Of a stretch of 29,324 nt of DNA, positions 24,653-29,324 are shown one piece after another (within the stretch, counting starts at the first letter, position 1; each line of letters begins with the position of its first letter). A model generated the notes under the pieces. It saw nothing but the letters and a program-made list of their open reading frames with translations, was not told the origin of the DNA and searched no databases. The stretch is from an uncultured euryarchaeote (GTDB lineage: Archaea > Thermoplasmatota > Poseidoniia > Poseidoniales > Poseidoniaceae), in the NCBI GenBank assembly GCA_937899865.1, contig CALBRH010000003.1:1-29324 (forward strand), in the 5' to 3' direction. Made by a program: the position numbers and the translations under genes.

Positions 24653-25918
24653 ATGGACAAGACTGACGCTTATACAGTTGCTGATATTTCTCTAGCAGAT
24701 GCTGGAGCACTTCGTGTAGATTGGGCAAGGGCAAGAATGCCAGTTTTAGCTGCACTAAGAGAAGATGCTGAAAAGACTAAACCACTTGATGGCATGAAGG
24801 TTGCAGGTTGCTTGCACGTAACTAAAGAGACAGCGGTATTAATTGAAACAATTGCAGCCGCAGGTGCTGAAATTTCATGGTCTGGTTGTAATCCATTATC
24901 TACTCAAGATGATGTCGCAGCCTGGCTTGCTAAGGAGGGATATTCAATTCACGCATGGCATGGACAAAGTGTCGAGGATTTTTACTGGTGCATAGACAGA
25001 ACTTTGGAATTTAAGCCTACTTTAACTCTTGATGATGGTGCAGATCTAATCGTTAGAGTGCATGGCGAAAAGAGCGAATATGCTCAAGGAGTAATAGGTG
25101 GTACAGAAGAGACCACCACAGGTGTTCATCGATTAAGAGCAATGGGTAAAGCGGGCGACTTGAAGTATCCTGTCATTGCAGTAAATGATGCGATTACCAA
25201 GTGGGATTTTGACAATGTCTATGGAACAGGTCAATCAACAATAGATGGAATTGTTAGAGCAACTTCAGTATTGATTGCCGGCAAGACCTTTGTTGTTGCC
25301 GGTTATGGTCACTGTGGTAAAGGAGTTGCAATGAGGGCACAAGGTTTAGGTGCTAATGTAATCATTACTGAAGTAGACCCTCTGCCTGCATTAAGAGCAG
25401 TTATGGATGGTTTTAGAGTAATGCAGATGGATGATGCTGCCAAACTTGGTGACATATTCTGTACTGCTACAGGAATGAAGGATGTCATCGTTGACAGGCA
25501 CTTTGCTTCAATGAAAGATGGTGCAATAATTTCAAACACAGGACATTACGACTGTGAAATCAATATTGAAGATCTAAAGACTCAAGCTTCAAGCACAAGA
25601 ACGATTAGAGATAACAATGTTGAGTATACTATGAATGATGGTAGGAAGATATTCTTGCTTGCTGATGGTCGTTTGGTAAACTTAGCCGCTGCTGAAGGCC
25701 ATCCTTCAGAAGTAATGGATATGTCATTCGCAAACCAATATTTGGCACTTTGCCGATTGGCAAAGGAAGGCAAAAACATGCAACCAATCGTTTATGATAT
25801 TACTACAGAACAAGACCAAAGTCTTGCCACAACTAAACTAGAAACACTTGGTTTTACAATTGATTCTTTGACAGATGAACAAATTGCTTACCTTGATGAT
25901 TACAACGCAGGAACGTGA
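24653..25918 (+). CDS. ahcY: S-adenosylhomocysteine hydrolase
   Basis: Motifs GCLHVT, SGCNPLSTQD, LDDGAD, EETTTG, NDA...FDNVYGTGQS, GYGHCGKG and RLVNLAAAEGHPSEVMDMSFANQ. Confidence 0.97.
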   Translation: MDKTDAYTVADISLADAGALRVDWARARMPVLAALREDAEKTKPLDGMKVAGCLHVTKETAVLIETIAAAGAEISWSGCNPLSTQDDVAAWLAKEGYSIHAWHGQSVEDFYWCIDRTLEFKPTLTLDDGADLIVRVHGEKSEYAQGVIGGTEETTTGVHRLRAMGKAGDLKYPVIAVNDAITKWDFDNVYGTGQSTIDGIVRATSVLIAGKTFVVAGYGHCGKGVAMRAQGLGANVIITEVDPLPALRAVMDGFRVMQMDDAAKLGDIFCTATGMKDVIVDRHFASMKDGAIISNTGHYDCEINIEDLKTQASSTRTIRDNNVEYTMNDGRKIFLLADGRLVNLAAAEGHPSEVMDMSFANQYLALCRLAKEGKNMQPIVYDITTEQDQSLATTKLETLGFTIDSLTDEQIAYLDDYNAGT

Positions 25919-26968
25919 TTATTCCTCTTCGTAAGGTTCAGCGGAATCAGTTTCCCAAAACGGCGTTTCACCATCTTCGATATAGCCAATTTCATCTAAA
26001 TGAGATTCAAAGTCAGGTAATTCTAATTTCCAATTTTTTGGTAATTTATTGTCTTCATCAATTATAATCAACATTCGCTCTTGCCAAGCTACTGGTTTCC
26101 TTTGCAATATATACATGTAAAGCACAGACGTCCTAATGTCCTCGGAAATCACATTGTAGCCTGATGAAGATTCAAAATTCATTGCTCGAAGTAGATTAAA
26201 TGCTGGTCTGTTTATTGTTCTAAACATATTCTTTGTGAATCTCATACCAGCAATTACAGCAATGAATATCACTATACTTGTTAAACAAAATGCTCCAAGT
26301 CCTTCGCCTGCTAAGAAATTGGACAGTATGATGACACCAAACAAGATTGGTACAGTGATTAACATGAAAATGAATGTTTCAGAAACAGGAGGCTTACGCA
26401 TTTTTGATTCAATTGCAAGCCAACCTGGATGTCGCTTAACCCATGGTTTGAAGTGGTCATTGGTATTTTGTTGTACAGCTGTATTGAACAGGCCAAGAAG
26501 TTGATGAACACGTCCATATTGACTTGTTGCTACATCCATATTCTCATTAAGAATGGTTTCAATTCTCTCTCTTCCTTCTTTGTATAGACCTAAGTCAGCA
26601 AGTATTGTGGCTTGCTCGATTAATGGTGTAACTTCATATGGAGCATGATGGCGTACTTGCTGCCACCAATCTAAAGCATCAAACATCAAACCAAGATCAT
26701 CGGCTAGTAATCTACCACCTCGAACCCACATGTCGATTCTAGTGGGGTCTAATTTGACAATATTTTTTACAGCAGTAAGTGATTTTGAGGCGTCCATTAA
26801 GTTTGCTGGCTTACCATCTGCCATGAGGTGTGAATCCGATATTACCTGCCATGCCTCAACATGTTCTGGATCTAATTTTACCGCTTTGTAAGCCTCTTCC
26901 AACGCGACCTCTCTATCTCCAGAATCCAATGCTTCTATAGCATCCAAGTAGTGATTCTCAGCACTCAT
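25919..26968 (-). CDS. TPR-containing membrane protein (2 TM), hypothetical
   Basis: TPR-like repeats (AYKAVKLDPEHVEAW; IVKLDPTRIDMW; VRHHAPYEVTP) and two TMs (TFIFMLITVPILFGVIILS; AFCLTSIVIFIAVIAG). Confidence 0.8.
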   Translation of the reverse strand: MSAENHYLDAIEALDSGDREVALEEAYKAVKLDPEHVEAWQVISDSHLMADGKPANLMDASKSLTAVKNIVKLDPTRIDMWVRGGRLLADDLGLMFDALDWWQQVRHHAPYEVTPLIEQATILADLGLYKEGRERIETILNENMDVATSQYGRVHQLLGLFNTAVQQNTNDHFKPWVKRHPGWLAIESKMRKPPVSETFIFMLITVPILFGVIILSNFLAGEGLGAFCLTSIVIFIAVIAGMRFTKNMFRTINRPAFNLLRAMNFESSSGYNVISEDIRTSVLYMYILQRKPVAWQERMLIIIDEDNKLPKNWKLELPDFESHLDEIGYIEDGETPFWETDSAEPYEEE

Positions 26969-26993
26969 GGTTTACTGCCTGCGAGGGAATCAC

Positions 26994-27821
26994 TTAATCA
27001 TCGCGATTTTTCCTTCTCGGGCGAGCATTCAATGGCTTAGGACCTCTATTATGTGCATGATTTGCAGATTTCCCTCTTGCTTTGCGGAATTTCCGAGGGG
27101 CGTCATCACTTTTCCTTGGTCTTCTCTCTCTTTGCTGATTGCCACGGTCGCTATTCCGCTTGCCTTCAGACTGTTCATTTCTTGGCTCTCCACATCTGTT
27201 GCATTCTTTTCTAAATGAAAAGTTGACATTGCCGCACTTTTTGCAAGTCCAATCATTATCGGAATAAATCTTTTTTTCACGGTTATCAAATCTATTATTT
27301 CTAGAATCTCTTCGGTTGAAATCTCGTCCTCTTGAGCCTCCTCTGTCAGAATCACGTCGGTTGAAATCTCGTCCTCTTGAGCCTCCTCTGTCAGAATCTC
27401 TTCGATTGAAATATCGTCCTCTTGACCTGCCTCTGTCAGAATCTCTTCTATTTGAGTCTCGACGGTTATCTCTCCAGTCAGATCTATTTTGATTGTTATT
27501 ATGTCTCCGTTCTCGACCATCTCTGTTACTATGACGGTCTCTTCTGCCACTATCGCTACCCCGTTCGCGACTATCTTGTCGTTGTGCTTTAGGCCTTATT
27601 TGAGCCTCACATCCGAGGAACAAATCAGCGTTCATTTTTCTATCAAGGTGAGCGATATGGGCAATTGGCTTGTCAGTATTTCCCAAAACAGCATCGATTT
27701 TCCCAATATATGTTCCATCATCTACTCGAACGATTATTGAACCAAGAGCTGGCGATGAACCAGTAAATGGGGCTAACAAGCCACCTTCGTGACTGTGTGA
27801 CTCAATTATCGCTTTGAACAT
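26994..27821 (-). CDS. Putative RNA-binding protein: Gar1/Naf1-like N-terminal domain, R/D/S/G repeats and RanBP2-type zinc finger
   Basis: The N-terminal pattern PALGSIIV...YIGKIDAVLGNTDKPIAHI resembles archaeal Gar1 (P.L...VV....VG.V.DVFG....P...I). The finger WTCKKCGNVNFSFRKECNRC fits W-x-C-x2-C-x3-N-x6-C-x2-C exactly. Confidence 0.8.
   Translation of the reverse strand: MFKAIIESHSHEGGLLAPFTGSSPALGSIIVRVDDGTYIGKIDAVLGNTDKPIAHIAHLDRKMNADLFLGCEAQIRPKAQRQDSRERGSDSGRRDRHSNRDGRERRHNNNQNRSDWRDNRRDSNRRDSDRGRSRGRYFNRRDSDRGGSRGRDFNRRDSDRGGSRGRDFNRRDSRNNRFDNREKKIYSDNDWTCKKCGNVNFSFRKECNRCGEPRNEQSEGKRNSDRGNQQRERRPRKSDDAPRKFRKARGKSANHAHNRGPKPLNARPRRKNRDD
27303..27450 (-). repeat. Intragenic 45-bp tandem repeat (~3.3 copies) encoding NRRDSDRGGSRGRDF
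   Basis: The + strand unit ttgaaatctcgtcctcttgagcctcctctgtcagaatc begins at 27316 and 27361, with a diverged copy at 27406. Confidence 0.92.
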
Positions 27822-27840
27822 TAGATTTACATCCGTTAAA

Positions 27841-29322
27841 TCATTCTTCTTCTCTACGAATTAATGCTGCGCCAAGAAGTGCAACTGAAAGAGTTGCAAG
27901 TAAGGAAACACTTGGTAATGCACTACCTTTTTCGCCACTATCTCCATCGTTTGATGAGGAATCATCATTGGAGGAATCCTGCGCATCAGGGTCTTCAACG
28001 TTTACTTCAAGTGAACTCTCGACACCAGATTCATCAGTTGCGGTGATGACTACATCATAGGTTGAAATCTCTTGCAGGACACAAGTGGCGATTGAAACAT
28101 CAATCTCCCAGTTAATTCCAACAATAGTAAAGTCTGTTGCTGATGAGCCACATAGTTGCAAAGTCATTGATACACTCTCTCCATCAGGATCTGATACAGT
28201 ACCTTTGAGGGTAAATTGTAATCCAGTAGCATCCCAAGTAGCGTTTTTACCATCAAAACTCACCTTGAGTGATACAGCAGGAGGTAGGCTTTGCTTTTCT
28301 AAGCCAAAGTCAAGCATGTAATCAAAACTCATCATATTGTTGGCAGAAGCACTACCCATAATCATTACACTTCCAGGCTTTAGTCCATCCATTGGTAAGG
28401 CAATAGTAATTGGTTGATTACTGGCCATTGATGATCTCATAGCCCCCATGGTACTGTCTTGATGTGCATGGGCGCTTACTGTCATCTCAGCAACTAAACC
28501 GGTTGGAGTAATTGTGAAATCAATATTCTCACCATCGTTAATTGCAGCAGCAGCGGTAAATGGTTGACCGAATGTGAAATCAAGAGTTTCTTCAGCCGTT
28601 GCACCAAATGGGTCACTTACGCTACATGTAGCCATAGAAGATGAAGCACCAGACGGAGAATTTACCAAGAAGTTACCGGATTCATCCTGTCTTGAACTCC
28701 AGCCAGCCTCAGCAAATGCACAATTAATATTCCAACCATTTGAATCGCTTGCCCAATCAGATAACTCATCATTGGTTACAGTCAGGTATTCAGTACCAGT
28801 CATTAGAGGAATAATTGAATTATTATTTGGCTTCAAATTAGTCCACACTGGGATATCATTTGATTCAGGTTCAGCAGTTGTGAAATCAATAAACAAGTTT
28901 CTGCCAACTGGCCAGTTAGATTTGTCGTAATCTACATGCTGATAGATTCTAAGTTTTCCATCGGGTAGGAATTCTTCTTCAGGAGCAGTATAGTCTTGAC
29001 CTTCAACCAATTCAACTCCATCATCTTCCATTGCAAAGTTAGAAATTCTGAGGCCTTGCATCACAGGGAAAGTCATAACAAGGTCGGCATTAGTCATATT
29101 TGTTACATTTAATGCCAAGGTAAAGTTTGATACACCTTGGTTTGGTAATTGATCAAATCTCATGTTATTATTTTCTCCAGCTTTAACAAATAGGCTAATT
29201 TGCAAATCGTCAGTTGCTGATACTGGAATTTCTTTACAATCTGCTGAAGCACCAAAGTTCGTACAAGATCTTTCTTCTGGATGGTTTGGTGCAACCAAAT
29301 CTACTTCATCCAATGCAATACC
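27841..29322 (-). CDS. Secreted/surface protein with Ig-like domains and C-terminal PGF-CTERM-like (LPS) sorting signal; 5'-truncated
   Basis: The frame is open to the window edge. Ig/cadherin-like segments (GTVSDPDGE, VITATDESG) and an S/D-rich linker precede ALPSVSLLATLSVALLGAALIRREEE. Confidence 0.8.
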   Translation of the reverse strand, partial: GIALDEVDLVAPNHPEERSCTNFGASADCKEIPVSATDDLQISLFVKAGENNNMRFDQLPNQGVSNFTLALNVTNMTNADLVMTFPVMQGLRISNFAMEDDGVELVEGQDYTAPEEEFLPDGKLRIYQHVDYDKSNWPVGRNLFIDFTTAEPESNDIPVWTNLKPNNNSIIPLMTGTEYLTVTNDELSDWASDSNGWNINCAFAEAGWSSRQDESGNFLVNSPSGASSSMATCSVSDPFGATAEETLDFTFGQPFTAAAAINDGENIDFTITPTGLVAEMTVSAHAHQDSTMGAMRSSMASNQPITIALPMDGLKPGSVMIMGSASANNMMSFDYMLDFGLEKQSLPPAVSLKVSFDGKNATWDATGLQFTLKGTVSDPDGESVSMTLQLCGSSATDFTIVGINWEIDVSIATCVLQEISTYDVVITATDESGVESSLEVNVEDPDAQDSSNDDSSSNDGDSGEKGSALPSVSLLATLSVALLGAALIRREEE

Positions 29323-29324
29323 TT

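Noticed and set aside
19434-24755. Short ORFs of 60-100 aa within or antisense to the giant gene (and similar ones within acnA, korA and ahcY)
   Set aside because: They are nested in long, well-supported CDSs, have no motifs, and are expected by chance.
27029-27550. 173-aa acidic ORF (EEILTEEAQEDEIST repeats) in another minus-strand frame
   Set aside because: It is a frame shadow of the 45-bp repeat. The overlapping 275-aa frame carries the recognisable Gar1-like and zinc-finger motifs.

Overview
This is a gene-dense archaeal chromosome segment. It is most consistent with Marine Group II Euryarchaeota (Ca. Poseidoniales), which is my inference from the archaeal-type tRNA-Gln (A1-U72 pair), archaeal Rqc2 and AhcY, a GGAGGTGA Shine-Dalgarno site, a PGF-CTERM sorting signal and large acidic surface proteins. 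It holds 18 CDSs (the first and last run off the window edges) and one tRNA-Gln(CTG). I found no integrase, transposase or CRISPR array. Housekeeping genes are rqc2, 2-oxoacid:ferredoxin oxidoreductase alpha and beta, acnA, ahcY, and MDR/SDR oxidoreductases. They are interleaved with uncharacterised cell-surface genes: a 1039-aa His/Asp-rich EF-hand/LDLa-like lipoprotein with a PGF-CTERM tail, a 2270-aa FG-GAP/Ig/PKD single-pass membrane protein with a duplicated Gln/Tyr-rich cytoplasmic motif, and a TPR-TM-cyclophilin. The strongest candidate for something undescribed is a 275-aa protein that fuses a Gar1-like (H/ACA RNP) barrel, an Arg/Asp/Ser/Gly low-complexity repeat and a FUS/ZRANB2-type RanBP2 zinc finger. 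That is a eukaryote-like RNA-binding architecture in an archaeon. All family calls come from motif recognition by eye; no searches were run.
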